Part shown: piece after piece, positions 1 through 9,881 of the stretch
Layout of the letters: each line of letters starts with the position of its first letter
Numbering within the stretch: the stretch's first letter is position 1
NCBI GenBank assembly: GCA_964646375.1
Contig: CAZYEF010000001.1
Location: 1-52,649 of the forward strand
Source: an uncultured Nitrospiraceae bacterium
GTDB lineage: Bacteria > Nitrospirota > UBA9217
Reading direction: 5' to 3'
DNA length: 52,649 nucleotides
Program-made: the position numbers and the translations under genes
Notes under the pieces: model-generated
The model's input: only the letters and a program-made list of their open reading frames with translations
Told to the model about the DNA's origin: nothing
The model's database searches: none

Positions 1-288
1 AGCGTTTGGATGCGGTTTGCAAACCGGAAGAATTCGGAAAAAAGCCGCATCCATCGGAGAGTTTTGTGCCTAACTCATTGTAACAGTGCTGGTTTCCGTT
101 TCTCATTAAATAGTATATGACGCGAAAAACGAGAATGCAAGCGAAACAGTATGAAGTGAAATCAATCGGCAGATGGGAAGAGGCGGGACCGGTGTTTTGC
201 TTTCCGGCGACCCTCACCGGTACCGAAACGGCAATGGCCGGCGTGAGACAGCTCAGGCCGGCCATTGCCGAAGCGGAAACAGGGGTGG

Positions 289-1314
289 TTATTTCTGCAG
301 TACCTCTATTTTGGCGGTTTTACGGGCCTCGTCAAGGTAGCTGGTTATGGCGGTGTTAAGCTTCTGCCGCTTCAGATGATCATCGATGCGGGCCCTGACG
401 TCCTCGTAGGGTACGGTGGAGGCGGGCTTCTTATCAATGACCCTGATGATATGGTAGCCGAACTGGGTTTCCACGATGTCGCTGGTTTCGCCCGGCTTCA
501 GGTTGAAGGCCGCCTGTTCGAAAGCCGGCACCATCTGCCCCTTGCCGAAGTATCCGAGATCGCCTCCCTGCTGGCTGCTGGGACAGGTGGAGAACTTCTT
601 GGCCTGTTCCGCGAAATCGGCGCCTCCGGCCAGTGCCCTCTGAACGGTCCTGGCCTTTTCCTGCGCCTTTTTCCTGTCGTCGCTTGTGGCCTTGGCGTCG
701 ACACCGATCAGGATATGGCTGGCCCTGACCGATTCGCTCTGTTGGAACTTGTCGATATTCTGGTCGTAAAACTTTCTGCTCTCTTCATCGCTGACCGATA
801 CTTTGGCCGCAAAGTTCTGCTGGATGAAGTTTGAAATGATGATATCCCGGCGGGTGTATTCGCGCAGGTCGCTTTCAGTGATGCCGAGGGACTTGATCTG
901 CTTCTGGAAATCCTGTTCGGTGGGGAAACGTTTCTTGCCCTGGCTCATTTTGTCCTCAACCTGTTTGTCAAGGTCCTTTACCGGCAGGTTCTGGCCAGCC
1001 TGATAGAGAAGCTCGGCTGAAGTCAGCTGGTTGAGCGCCTGCTGGTTGAACTCCTTCTCCTGTTCCGGCGTAATCTTGCTGTTGGGCTGGCTGGCCAGGA
1101 AGGCCTTCCTGATCCGCTGCAGCTCGGCGGAGTAGATGGGTCTGCCGTTTACCCGGGCCACGACCTCCTCCTTTGTCGTTGCGGGGGCGCCCGTTGCTGC
1201 TGTCTGTTGCGCTTCCTTCGGTGGTGCCTCCGCGGCCGACGCCGCCGAACTGAAGCATAAAATGGCAGCCAGTATGGCAAGCTGGGCGCGCAGGGTGAAC
1301 TGTTTTGCGGTCAT
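289..1314 (-). CDS. Secreted peptidyl-prolyl cis-trans isomerase, parvulin (PpiC) type with SurA/PpiD-like N-terminal helical region
   Basis: 341-aa ORF. N-terminal signal peptide MTAKQFTLRAQLAILAAILCFSSAASA. Rotamase block ASHILI...GGDLGYFGKGQMVPAFEQAAF...FGYHIIRV. SD-like AAAGAGGAG directly upstream of the ATG on the minus strand. Confidence 0.85.
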   Translation of the reverse strand: MTAKQFTLRAQLAILAAILCFSSAASAAEAPPKEAQQTAATGAPATTKEEVVARVNGRPIYSAELQRIRKAFLASQPNSKITPEQEKEFNQQALNQLTSAELLYQAGQNLPVKDLDKQVEDKMSQGKKRFPTEQDFQKQIKSLGITESDLREYTRRDIIISNFIQQNFAAKVSVSDEESRKFYDQNIDKFQQSESVRASHILIGVDAKATSDDRKKAQEKARTVQRALAGGADFAEQAKKFSTCPSSQQGGDLGYFGKGQMVPAFEQAAFNLKPGETSDIVETQFGYHIIRVIDKKPASTVPYEDVRARIDDHLKRQKLNTAITSYLDEARKTAKIEVLQK

Positions 1315-1434
1315 TGGTGATCTCCTCTTTGTTTTGCTGATGGTGTGGGAGCTATAGCATGTTTTTTGCTGTATGAAAAGCTAAAACTCGATTTTTAACA
1401 GGCAGTTGCCGTTGTCTGCGCTGATCTTGTCTCA

Positions 1435-2205
1435 TTAGATGTCTTCTCCCAGGATCAATCTGGCCTCTGAGGTGTAATCACCGTTCCCGTCACGGATGAT
1501 CAGCGGCGGGAGCACGATGGTGGCTCCCTTTCGCCCCTTGGCCATTTCCGCCATGAACATCCCGCAGGGAGCGCCGGGGTTCCCGTGCACCATGCGCAGG
1601 CGCAGCAGGGAGAGTTTGAGACCGGCCGCCAGGTGGATCATTTCGGTCAGCCGGTCGGGATGGTAGATGAACCAGATCCGGCCCGAAGGTTTCACCAGGT
1701 ATTTTGCCACGTCCAGAAATCCCGCGATGCCCGTTGTCGACTCGTGACGCGCCGTGTCCCGGCCGGTTCTGGGGCTGATCCTGCCGCTCCGGGGGGTGCG
1801 GAACGGCGGATTGGCGGTAACGACGTCAAAACTGGAAACGGGAAAGAGCCGCCTGATGTCGAGGATGTCGTGGTGGTAAAACTCCATCCGCTCCCCCAGC
1901 CCGTTGCGGCGGGCGTTCTCGCCGGCAAGTCCGGCCATAGCCCCATTGCTGTCCAGCCCTATGGCCGTGGCGGAGCCGAAACGCCGGCAGAGGATCAGCG
2001 GTATGATGCCGGAACCGGTGCCCAGGTCGGCGATGCGGGCGTCGCCGGCGCAGGAGACGAAATCGGCCAGGAGCAGGGGATCAAGGGAAAAGCGGTAGCC
2101 GTGGCGGGGCTGGGCGATTGTCAGATCGTATCGCCGCAGATGGTCCAGGGTGAGCTCCTCACCCGTGATCCGTGACTGGTGGCTCGTGAGCAGAGAGCTT
2201 GCCAT
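1435..2205 (-). CDS. SAM-dependent methyltransferase, small-domain N6-adenine type (TrmN6/YfiC-like)
   Basis: 256-aa ORF with SAM motif I DLGTGSGIIPLIL and catalytic motif IV VTANPPF. Lies 12 nt downstream of the preceding minus-strand gene. Confidence 0.7.
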   Translation of the reverse strand: MASSLLTSHQSRITGEELTLDHLRRYDLTIAQPRHGYRFSLDPLLLADFVSCAGDARIADLGTGSGIIPLILCRRFGSATAIGLDSNGAMAGLAGENARRNGLGERMEFYHHDILDIRRLFPVSSFDVVTANPPFRTPRSGRISPRTGRDTARHESTTGIAGFLDVAKYLVKPSGRIWFIYHPDRLTEMIHLAAGLKLSLLRLRMVHGNPGAPCGMFMAEMAKGRKGATIVLPPLIIRDGNGDYTSEARLILGEDI

Positions 2206-2216
2206 GCCTTATCTCC

Positions 2217-4640
2217 TCACTCTTCACTCCTCACCCTTTTCCCCCTCACCAGTTCCCGCGCCAGCATGGCCGAGAACAGGGCGAATGAAGTCAGTGTCAG
2301 GTATTTGCCGATCCTGAAGGGGAGGGGGTCGAAGCGGAATTCAACCCTGTGGGTTCCCGGTGTGAGATAAACTCCCCGCAGGATGTGGTTAACCGTTTGG
2401 ATTTTTGCAGGTTTCCCGTCGATTCGCGCTGTCCACCACCGGTATTGTTTTTCTCCCAGGACCAGCAGACAATTGGCGGAAGGAGTTGCCGTGACTCGGA
2501 TCAGGTTCGGAGTGTACAGATCGACATGGGCGTTTCCGGCCCCCGGCATGCCTTTCGTAAATGGGGGCAGGGGTAACGGAGGGGGTGTCTCTACCAGAGC
2601 GACACGTGAAGGATCGAAATCCGCCGAAGAGGACAGAATGGCCAACCCTTTTTGGGTATCAGCCGCTATCTTGACCGCGGGAACAAGCCATGCCTTGGGC
2701 AGGACGGTGCGGTTTTCCAGGACCAGGCTGCCGGTTGAAGAAGTGAAAACCGGCGTGTATTTCCCGGACAGTTGCGTCCTCTGCGCCTCGTAATCCGCCG
2801 CGGAAATAACCAGATAGCGGAGGTTCATGATGTCGGGCATGGCGCCCATGGGATTGAAGGCTTCGAGGAATTCCCGATAGCGTTTCTCGCTGATGGTGAC
2901 GTAGGCGGAAATGTTGGGGAAGCCATAGTCGGCGTAGTAGTGGGAACTTACGGTATCCATGGGCTGCATCCGGTAGAGCCCCATGCGGGGTTCGAGGTAA
3001 TCCACGATGTCGTTTCGGGCTGCTTTCCGGTCGGCTGGTGGTGGAGTCGTAAGCACCAGAAAACGATCATTGACCCGCCACAGGTCGAAGAGGAGCAGAA
3101 GCATCAGCAAAGGGGCCAGAACGCGCGTGGAGAGGCGGCCATAATACCATGCCGTAAGGAGCCCGAGATTGAGCAGGCAAAAGCCGGAGGCCAGGCCGGC
3201 TTCGCCGATCATGTTGCGGTAGCGTTCCTCGATCAGCGAAATATCGTTCTGGTAGCGGGTGGCCTGATTGATCGCTCCCCGGGCCAGTTCCAGCACGCTT
3301 TCGGGGTTAATGATCAGATAGAGCCAGAAGCCGGCAAGCAGCGCGGCAGTAAATCCGCATATGGACAGCCAGCTGCGCAGAACGCCGCGGTCGGTGTTTT
3401 CGTCGAGCAGGGCCTGGAGTCCCATGCTCGCGAGGACCGAGGCGCCGAAGGCAAACAGAAACAGGATCATCTTGGGAACCCGGAATGTGGAAAAGCCGGG
3501 AAGATGGTCGAACAGAAAACGGTAGACGAACGTATATTTCCCCAGGGCCATCACCAGGGTCAACGCCATGAGCAGGGCAAAAAACCGGCTGTGCCGGTCC
3601 CGGCGCGCCATGAATCCGAGCGGCAGCAGCAGCAGCGGCAGCAATCCGAGATAGTCGCTGGTCTGGGTGAAATGCATTCTGCCCCAGTAGTAGACCTCAC
3701 CCCGTTTGGGGGTATCCCCCTCCTCCTGGCGCGACAGACCCACCAGTCCGGGAACGGCATAGGTCAGGAGCTCTTCCGGAGGCATGGACCAGCTCATGCC
3801 CTCCTCATGGCTCATGCCGCCACCGCGCTCCGACTGCTGCGACCAGCTGAACAGCGGCGCGAACGACATGGCTATGGTGGCAAAGAAAAGCAGCATCATC
3901 ACCAGGGCCAGCAGGGTGTCCCGCATCCAGCCGGGGCGTGATTCCGGCTGCGTCGTAAGTTGCCAACCGGTCTGGAAAAACCAGTACAGGGCAACCGCCA
4001 GGCAGGTGTAGAACGATATCTGCCAATGCATGGTGAAGAACTGGATCGCCAGCAGCAGCGCCGTCATGGCGTAGTGAAAGAAACGCCTGCCCGAGACGGC
4101 TTTTTCCAGCATCAGCAGTATCCAGGGGAACCAGCAGATCGCCTCAAGTTTCTGAATGTGCCCCGCGTTGATCAGGGTCAGATTTTCCGCTCCCAGCGAG
4201 AAGACGATACCCGCAAGGAATGCTCCGGCCCGGCTTATTCCGATCATGCGGCAATAGCGGAAGGTTCCCAGACCTCCCCAGACCAGGGACAGCGCGGCCA
4301 GCCAGGCGATGCTGGCGGGAAAAGGGAAGAAGTGCTGGATCAGATAACGGTGAAACAGCAGCCCGATGGCATTCCAGCCGCCCTCCAGGGTCCGTCCGCC
4401 ATCGCTGAGCGGCTCCCAGTTGGCCTGGAATATGCCGGGCAGGGAGCGTATGTAGTCCGATACGCTCTGGTCGTGAACCCCCTTTGCGGCCCAGAAAAAC
4501 TGGGTAATCACGTCCGAGGCCCTGATGATCCGGTCCGTGAACAGCAGCCGCTGCAGGAACAGGATCACGATTGCCCCCAGAAGCAGCATCCAGAACCGGT
4601 CTTTACGGCACAGCGCGCCGAAATCTTTAAGCACGGTCAC
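2217..4640 (-). CDS. Large polytopic membrane protein with C-terminal extracytoplasmic domain (YfhO-like / GT-C-fold glycosyltransferase candidate)
   Basis: 807 aa. Many hydrophobic helices across the first ~560 aa (FWMLLLGAIVILFLQRLLF, WLAALSLVWGGLGTF, LLALVMMLLFFATIAMSFAPLF, LLPLLLLPLGFM). These are followed by a ~240-aa soluble region and a terminal TM (YLTLTSFALFSAMLA). Size and topology resemble YfhO/GT-C proteins. Start overlaps the upstream GT gene by 14 nt. Family assignment is not verified. Confidence 0.5.
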   Translation of the reverse strand: MTVLKDFGALCRKDRFWMLLLGAIVILFLQRLLFTDRIIRASDVITQFFWAAKGVHDQSVSDYIRSLPGIFQANWEPLSDGGRTLEGGWNAIGLLFHRYLIQHFFPFPASIAWLAALSLVWGGLGTFRYCRMIGISRAGAFLAGIVFSLGAENLTLINAGHIQKLEAICWFPWILLMLEKAVSGRRFFHYAMTALLLAIQFFTMHWQISFYTCLAVALYWFFQTGWQLTTQPESRPGWMRDTLLALVMMLLFFATIAMSFAPLFSWSQQSERGGGMSHEEGMSWSMPPEELLTYAVPGLVGLSRQEEGDTPKRGEVYYWGRMHFTQTSDYLGLLPLLLLPLGFMARRDRHSRFFALLMALTLVMALGKYTFVYRFLFDHLPGFSTFRVPKMILFLFAFGASVLASMGLQALLDENTDRGVLRSWLSICGFTAALLAGFWLYLIINPESVLELARGAINQATRYQNDISLIEERYRNMIGEAGLASGFCLLNLGLLTAWYYGRLSTRVLAPLLMLLLLFDLWRVNDRFLVLTTPPPADRKAARNDIVDYLEPRMGLYRMQPMDTVSSHYYADYGFPNISAYVTISEKRYREFLEAFNPMGAMPDIMNLRYLVISAADYEAQRTQLSGKYTPVFTSSTGSLVLENRTVLPKAWLVPAVKIAADTQKGLAILSSSADFDPSRVALVETPPPLPLPPFTKGMPGAGNAHVDLYTPNLIRVTATPSANCLLVLGEKQYRWWTARIDGKPAKIQTVNHILRGVYLTPGTHRVEFRFDPLPFRIGKYLTLTSFALFSAMLARELVRGKRVRSEE

Positions 4641-5646
4641 TCCTTTGTGTCCCGGGTTGCGATTTTGCCTGCAGGTCGAGATAGATCTCCTCGTACCGCT
4701 CCAGCATGCCGTCGATGGTCAGCCCGGCCAGGAATTTCCGCCCCTGTTCGACCATATTTTCGGAGCGCTTCCGGTCGGTGAGGCAGGTGACAATCCGGTC
4801 GGCCAGGAGTCGCGTATCGGCAAGTGGGAAAACGAATCCGCTTGCACCGTCCCTGACCAGTTCCGGATGCCCTCCCACGTCTGAGAGCACCGGCGGAACA
4901 CCGGCCATGGTGGCTTCGGCGACCACGATGGGAGTTGCCTCGATTTCCGAGGGCAACACCATTACCCTGCCGCGGCCGTAGGTGCGGTACACTTCGTCCC
5001 TGGGCATGCCGTAGCGGAACTCCACCGGCAGCCCTTTGGCCATCAGGCGGGCCAGTGCCTTGGCGTACCAGTAGTCTTTGCCGATAACCATCAGCCGCGC
5101 GTCCGGCACTTTCTCCACTACCAAGGGCAGAGCCTTCAGCAGCTTTGGCAGTCCCTTGCGGAAGAAATCCCCGCCCACGAACAGGATCAGGTTCTCCCGC
5201 TCTTCCCAGGGCCGGACCTGAATGCCGCTGTAGTCCAGGCCGAAATAAAAATTCAGGTATTTGTTCGGGTGCCGGTAGCGGTCGAAGAGATACTGCCCGT
5301 GGAGCACGATGCCGTCGATGTGGCGGAACAGCAGGCGGTAACGAAGCCAGCGGTACTTCTGGATCAGAAGACGCAGGGGAAAGTCAAGACAGAAAAAATG
5401 GTAGTAACGGAGCCAGTAGTAATCGTGAGCGTCTACCAGCAGAGGACAGCGCAGTCCGCGCGCCACCTGGAAAGTCAGGTGTTTCAGGTCGGTGCAGTGG
5501 GCCACATCCCAGGGTTGCTCCAGGTCCGCCGGGGTGCGGTAGACTCCCACGCGATGGCGCTTGGAGAGTTCCCGCAGCAGGTTGGCTTCGAATGTTCCGG
5601 CGCCGGTCAGGGATTCGGCGTTTTTGGTGATGAGCAGTATGTTCAT
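4627..5646 (-). CDS. Glycosyltransferase, GT-B fold (GT4-like)
   Basis: 339 aa. C-terminal nucleotide-sugar block LPSEIEATPIVVAEATMAGVPPVLSDVGGHPELVRDGASGFVF. Confidence 0.85.
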   Translation of the reverse strand: MNILLITKNAESLTGAGTFEANLLRELSKRHRVGVYRTPADLEQPWDVAHCTDLKHLTFQVARGLRCPLLVDAHDYYWLRYYHFFCLDFPLRLLIQKYRWLRYRLLFRHIDGIVLHGQYLFDRYRHPNKYLNFYFGLDYSGIQVRPWEERENLILFVGGDFFRKGLPKLLKALPLVVEKVPDARLMVIGKDYWYAKALARLMAKGLPVEFRYGMPRDEVYRTYGRGRVMVLPSEIEATPIVVAEATMAGVPPVLSDVGGHPELVRDGASGFVFPLADTRLLADRIVTCLTDRKRSENMVEQGRKFLAGLTIDGMLERYEEIYLDLQAKSQPGTQRSDRA

Positions 5647-5663
5647 GGGTTCCTGTTGTGACG

Positions 5664-6464
5664 TTATTTTTCAGCTGCTCCGCCTGACCGCAGTTTTTTG
5701 ATGAAACGGTAAAGCGGCGATCTGGTGGAGCGGAAGGCCAGGAGTGCCAACGGCCTGCGCCAGCCGTGATAGAGCTTCGGATGATTGGCAACGATCTTCC
5801 GGAACATGGCCAGGCGGCGCGCGTCGTCCATGGCCCGGTTCATGGATGACTCCCTGACCCGGTAGCGGAAGAGCGTCTCCGGGATGCGGTATGCCGTTCG
5901 CCCCAGTTCCAGAAGCGAAAGCCAGAAGTCCCAGTCTTCGCAGCCGTACACCATCTCCGGGTTGTAGCCTCCTACCCGTTTCCAGTCCGATCTGCGGAAC
6001 AGGGCCGTGCAGAAGATCAGGTTGGAGACCAGCATGCCCCAATGGGAAAAAAGCGGGGCATTGATCGGACCGCTCCGGTCGCCGAACAGTTCTCCCCGGC
6101 AGTAGACGACGCCGAGCGAGCTGTCTCGCTCCATGCGCTCCAGAGCCAGTTCCAGATAGGTCGGGGCGATGCAGTCGTCGGCGTCCAGGGGAAGGATGAA
6201 TTCGCCCCGGGCCTTTTCGATGCCTGTGTTGCGCGCCATGGCCAGCCCCCGGTTCTCCGTCCTGATCACCATGACTCCCGGGCGGTTATAGCTGGCGAGG
6301 AGTTCGTTCGTTGCCCGATCCGTGGAACCGTCATTGACCACGATGATTTCGAAATCCCGGCGGGTCTGGGCCAGGACCGAAGCCACGGCCTCGTCCAGCC
6401 ACGCGCCCTGATTGTAGCAGGGGATGATGACGCTGACTTTTGGCTGCCTCTCCATAGCGCTCAT
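5664..6464 (-). CDS. Glycosyltransferase family 2 (GT-A fold)
   Basis: KVSVIIPCYNQGAWLDEAVASVLAQTRRDFEIIVVNDGSTD and an LDADD (DxD) motif. Start moved from the ORF-track 6491 to the ATG at 6464. That ATG forms an ATGA overlap with the TGA stop (6463-6461) of the upstream GT gene. Confidence 0.85.
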   Translation of the reverse strand: MSAMERQPKVSVIIPCYNQGAWLDEAVASVLAQTRRDFEIIVVNDGSTDRATNELLASYNRPGVMVIRTENRGLAMARNTGIEKARGEFILPLDADDCIAPTYLELALERMERDSSLGVVYCRGELFGDRSGPINAPLFSHWGMLVSNLIFCTALFRRSDWKRVGGYNPEMVYGCEDWDFWLSLLELGRTAYRIPETLFRYRVRESSMNRAMDDARRLAMFRKIVANHPKLYHGWRRPLALLAFRSTRSPLYRFIKKLRSGGAAEK

Positions 6465-7636
6465 CTGTCGTTGCCCAGAGTACGCCGCCACTCCTCGCAG
6501 AATGAACTCCCGCCGAAAACGGCGCGGGCATAATCGTAGGCGGAGCGTGACATGTCGGATAGTCGCCGCCGGTCGGAGCAGATCCGTTCCACGATGTCAC
6601 ACATGACGCTGACGATCCGGTCCTCCTCGGTTTCGCTGACCAGCCAGCCGTTGATACCGTCACTTACGTGCTCGGGAATGCCGCCCACCGCCGTGGTGAG
6701 CGGCACAACCCCATGGGCCATGGCTTCCATGATCACCAGCGGGAATCCCTCGCGGCTTGAGGTAAGCAGCAGCAGGTCCGCATCGTCGTACAAACGCGCC
6801 ATCTCGGCAGGATCGGCGATTTCCCCCATCAGGGAAAAGCAGGCCCGGTCCTGGGGCTCTACCGCGTAAGCCACGTCTCCAACCAGCAGGAAATCCGCGT
6901 TCAGGCTCCGATTGCGGCATTGCGCCGCCAGGCGTCCCACCAGGCGCACCCGTTTTTCTTCGCTTCCCCGTCCGACGTACAGAATGGTGAGGCGGTTCCG
7001 TTCCGTCTTGACGGGATAGGTGTCCGGCACCGAAACCCTGTTGACGATGAATCTGATTCTTCCGCTAAGTCTCTCCGGCATGCCGTGCTCGCGGTACAGT
7101 TGACGAAGGTCGGCGCCGGTTTTGGCATTGATCACGACCCGGCAATCCAGCATCGGCGCAGTTGTGAGGCTGTATTCTTCAATTCCGGCGCCGAAAGCGT
7201 GGAGCAGATCCACTTTTCTTATGTCCGGCCGCAGATGCGGGAGCAGCAGGTAATACACCAGGCTGTTGCCTCCCAAAACCACCGCATTGCGGTGACGGTT
7301 GATGAAACCGGCCAGAATTCCGATGCTGAAGGGATAGGCATACTTGCAGAACATCCAGCAGTTGAAAGTCCGGCCTCCCCTGAAAAATGCCCTGAACTTT
7401 TCATTGTCGGATTTTTTGGTGAAAACAACCCAGGGTCTTTCCCGCGAAAAGCATTCGACAATATCGGCGTGCACCCTCTCGGCTCCTCCGACGTGGCAGA
7501 AAGGGAAAAAGAAGAACAGGCCAGAAGAATTACGGAAAGGGAGGCAATAACCGACCAACTTGGCAATGGCAATAATTATCCGGATTGGAAACGAAGCGTT
7601 GAGCCGGGTAATGTTCATGTCGGTGAGAAGTGCCAT
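6461..7636 (-). CDS. Glycosyltransferase, GT-B fold (GT4-like)
   Basis: 391 aa. Motif SSREGFPLVIMEAMAHGVVPLTTAVGGIPEHVSDGINGWLV. Confidence 0.8.
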   Translation of the reverse strand: MALLTDMNITRLNASFPIRIIIAIAKLVGYCLPFRNSSGLFFFFPFCHVGGAERVHADIVECFSRERPWVVFTKKSDNEKFRAFFRGGRTFNCWMFCKYAYPFSIGILAGFINRHRNAVVLGGNSLVYYLLLPHLRPDIRKVDLLHAFGAGIEEYSLTTAPMLDCRVVINAKTGADLRQLYREHGMPERLSGRIRFIVNRVSVPDTYPVKTERNRLTILYVGRGSEEKRVRLVGRLAAQCRNRSLNADFLLVGDVAYAVEPQDRACFSLMGEIADPAEMARLYDDADLLLLTSSREGFPLVIMEAMAHGVVPLTTAVGGIPEHVSDGINGWLVSETEEDRIVSVMCDIVERICSDRRRLSDMSRSAYDYARAVFGGSSFCEEWRRTLGNDR

Positions 7637-7639
7637 AGG

Positions 7640-8827
7640 CTACTGTGATCGTTTCTGCCTTTCAGGATTCATCGCGGTTGCCAGAGAGTTGTTGATTATC
7701 TGTACGGATGCGGTGCACATCCGTTCAACGCTGAACTCGCTTTTTACCCGGTTCCGCAGGGCTGAACCGTAGCTTTTGCGGAGTTCCGGGTCAGCCATGA
7801 GAAGCTTGATTTTCTCCGCCATCCCCACATGGTCGCCGACCGGGGTCAGAAAGGAAGCTCCCTCGGCTCCGACCGCTTCCCTGATGCCTGGTATGTCCGT
7901 TCCCGCAACCGGAAGCCCCGCGGCCATTGCCTCGAGGACCGCATTGGGACATCCTTCGGAAATTGCGCTGTGGACACAGAGATCGGAAGCATGCAGCAAG
8001 CCTGAGACGTCATTGACCATTCCCAGCAAACGGATGTTATCTGTCAGGCCAAGTTCGTCGATCAGGTGTTGCAATCCGGTTACACGCCCATCCATTTTTC
8101 CTGCCAGCAGCAGAAAAGCCTTCCGCCCCTTCGAAGTGGCGTATTCCGAAACCTCCTGCCATGCACGGGCCAGCGTCAGATGATCCTTGTACGGCCCAAG
8201 GTTGGCAAGCATGCATGCCGCAAAGGCATTGGCCGGCAATCCGAGACGGCTTCGCCATTGTTCCCTGTCTGCCTCGGGAGGCGAAAGAACAATGCCGTTA
8301 TGAATCACATGAGTCGGTTTCCCGCTGAGATCGTAACTCTTGCGCAGAAAATCCATTCCGCATTCGGAATTGCTGATAAAGACCGGAGTTTTCCCGACGG
8401 CGGTCCTGTGCCACGGATTCCCTGTCAGCAACAGGCCATGGTCCCGCTGATTCCAGATGCAGAGGCGGGCAGAGCTGTAACGCCAGACAAGACCGCACGC
8501 CACATTTGGAAGAGTGTAATAAGGCATCAAAATTTCGGCGGAATTTTTCTTCAGGTGCCTTGACAGACGAAAAAGTTCCCATACCCGGTGCGGCCGGATT
8601 CGGGACCAGCGGAATCCCATCCCCTCCCACGGAATTCCATATTCGTCGCATAATTCCGATACGCGGCCCGGCTTTCTGCTGAGAGCAAGCACCCGAACGT
8701 CGGCATGGCATGTATCCTTCAGATACCGGCCAAGCAGCAGCCCCTGGCGTTCGGACCCCCCGAGATCGAGACAGCCGAAAACGAACAGGATTCTGCGTCC
8801 CTTCAGCAAATTCCGGTTTGCGACCAC
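7640..8827 (-). CDS. Glycosyltransferase, GT-B fold (GT4-like)
   Basis: 395 aa. N-terminal GGSERQ block and C-terminal SEGCPNAVLEAMAAGLPVAGTDIPGIREAVG. GTG start 1 nt after the upstream stop. Confidence 0.8.
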   Translation of the reverse strand: MVANRNLLKGRRILFVFGCLDLGGSERQGLLLGRYLKDTCHADVRVLALSRKPGRVSELCDEYGIPWEGMGFRWSRIRPHRVWELFRLSRHLKKNSAEILMPYYTLPNVACGLVWRYSSARLCIWNQRDHGLLLTGNPWHRTAVGKTPVFISNSECGMDFLRKSYDLSGKPTHVIHNGIVLSPPEADREQWRSRLGLPANAFAACMLANLGPYKDHLTLARAWQEVSEYATSKGRKAFLLLAGKMDGRVTGLQHLIDELGLTDNIRLLGMVNDVSGLLHASDLCVHSAISEGCPNAVLEAMAAGLPVAGTDIPGIREAVGAEGASFLTPVGDHVGMAEKIKLLMADPELRKSYGSALRNRVKSEFSVERMCTASVQIINNSLATAMNPERQKRSQ

Positions 8828-8828
8828 G

Positions 8829-9878
8829 TCAGTCGCCCTTTCCGCGGGCTACTTCGGCGATGAACTCCTCCGCCTGGGCTTCTTCGGGCCACATCTGCCC
8901 CTCATGCCAGACAAGATTCGAATCCCAATGTCCCGGGCAATTGTACACGGCCCGATCGACAAAGGTATAGCTGATTTCACAGATTACCGGCCTGCCCATC
9001 TTGTAGAGAAAGTCGTACGCCATGGTCTGGAAACGGGCTTTTGACGATGTGGCGAATGCAATTTTAATGCATTCCGTATCAATATTTTCCGGAGCATAAT
9101 CCAGGTTGCCGCTTCCGGAGGCCCTGAAATCTCCGGGTCTGTTCAGCCTTCGAAAGGCAAACGCCCGATCTCCGATAACCGTAACTCTGGTGTCGGAAAA
9201 GTTGTCCGGCAGAAATTCCTGGAAATACGCATAACCGAATTCCGGTTTCCACCAGAAGTCCGGCAGGCGGGGATAGACGCCGGTCAAAAAATAACGGAAC
9301 GCATCGTACGGCCGGTACATTTTTGCCCGAAGCGCCCGAAACGTCTTCGGAATCAGGTTGTTTCCATATTCGTTCATGGTCATGGGAAACATTCCCTGGG
9401 TGAACATGCGGCGGATAAGTTTCAATGCTTCATTTCTGGATTCAATCTTGAGGACGTTTGATGCCCCGGCTCCGACTGAGAGCTTGAATACCACCGGATA
9501 CTGGGCGTTTTCCGCCCATCCCTCGGCGGCCGCCTTTTCCCAGAAGATCCATGATTCGGGAACCGGGGCGGCGATTGCCCGCAGCAGGTAATACTGGGAT
9601 ACCTTGTCGTCAAAATGCCAGGAAGTGCTGATTGACGGAAAAACGGGAAGATGCAGATAGGTTTCAATGGTTTGCAGTATATTCCTGACCGATTGCTTGT
9701 CCTGTTGGATGTGAAACCAGCGCCACATGATGCCGTCACAGGGTTGTGCCTGTTCCAGGAAATCGGGCGCCAGGAGATTGAGCTTGCGAACCTCGACGCC
9801 TCGAACTCTCAGGAATTTTTCCCATTTTCCGGAAAAACTTTCGCCCCACATATTGTCGGGATGGATTCCGATTATCAT
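8829..9878 (-). CDS. ATP-grasp fold ligase (RimK-like)
   Basis: 349 aa. Blocks YPVVFKLSVGAGASNVLKI, YFQEFLPDNFSDTRVTVIGDRAFAFRRLNRPGDFRASGSG (resembling the RimK GDFR.N...GG block) and MAYDFLY...VICEISY. Confidence 0.65.
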   Translation of the reverse strand: MIIGIHPDNMWGESFSGKWEKFLRVRGVEVRKLNLLAPDFLEQAQPCDGIMWRWFHIQQDKQSVRNILQTIETYLHLPVFPSISTSWHFDDKVSQYYLLRAIAAPVPESWIFWEKAAAEGWAENAQYPVVFKLSVGAGASNVLKIESRNEALKLIRRMFTQGMFPMTMNEYGNNLIPKTFRALRAKMYRPYDAFRYFLTGVYPRLPDFWWKPEFGYAYFQEFLPDNFSDTRVTVIGDRAFAFRRLNRPGDFRASGSGNLDYAPENIDTECIKIAFATSSKARFQTMAYDFLYKMGRPVICEISYTFVDRAVYNCPGHWDSNLVWHEGQMWPEEAQAEEFIAEVARGKGD

Positions 9879-9881
9879 GTC

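Noticed and set aside
8-52. Nested inverted repeats at the window edge: GGATGCGG (8-15) / CCGCATCC (45-52), enclosing the perfect 14-nt palindrome CGGTTTGCAAACCG (13-26) and an EcoRI-site palindrome.
   Set aside because: No T-tract follows on either strand, so it is not a convincing terminator. It is ~240 nt from the nearest gene end, and the window truncates its context. It cannot be assigned a function from sequence alone.
117-834. Plus-strand ORFs 117-359 and 265-834 at the left edge.
   Set aside because: 265-834 is antisense to the well-supported PPIase gene. 117-359 has no SD or motif and overlaps the PPIase 3' end. Both were treated as spurious.
2349-8563. Many long plus-strand ORFs opposite the minus-strand operon. 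Examples are 2772-3941 (389 aa), 3960-4781 (273 aa), 6920-7648 (242 aa), 5145-5630 and 8066-8563.
   Set aside because: They lie antisense to ORFs with clear family motifs. Their products are Arg/Gly/Pro/Ala-rich low-complexity strings typical of shadow frames in GC-rich DNA, and none carries a recognisable motif or SD.
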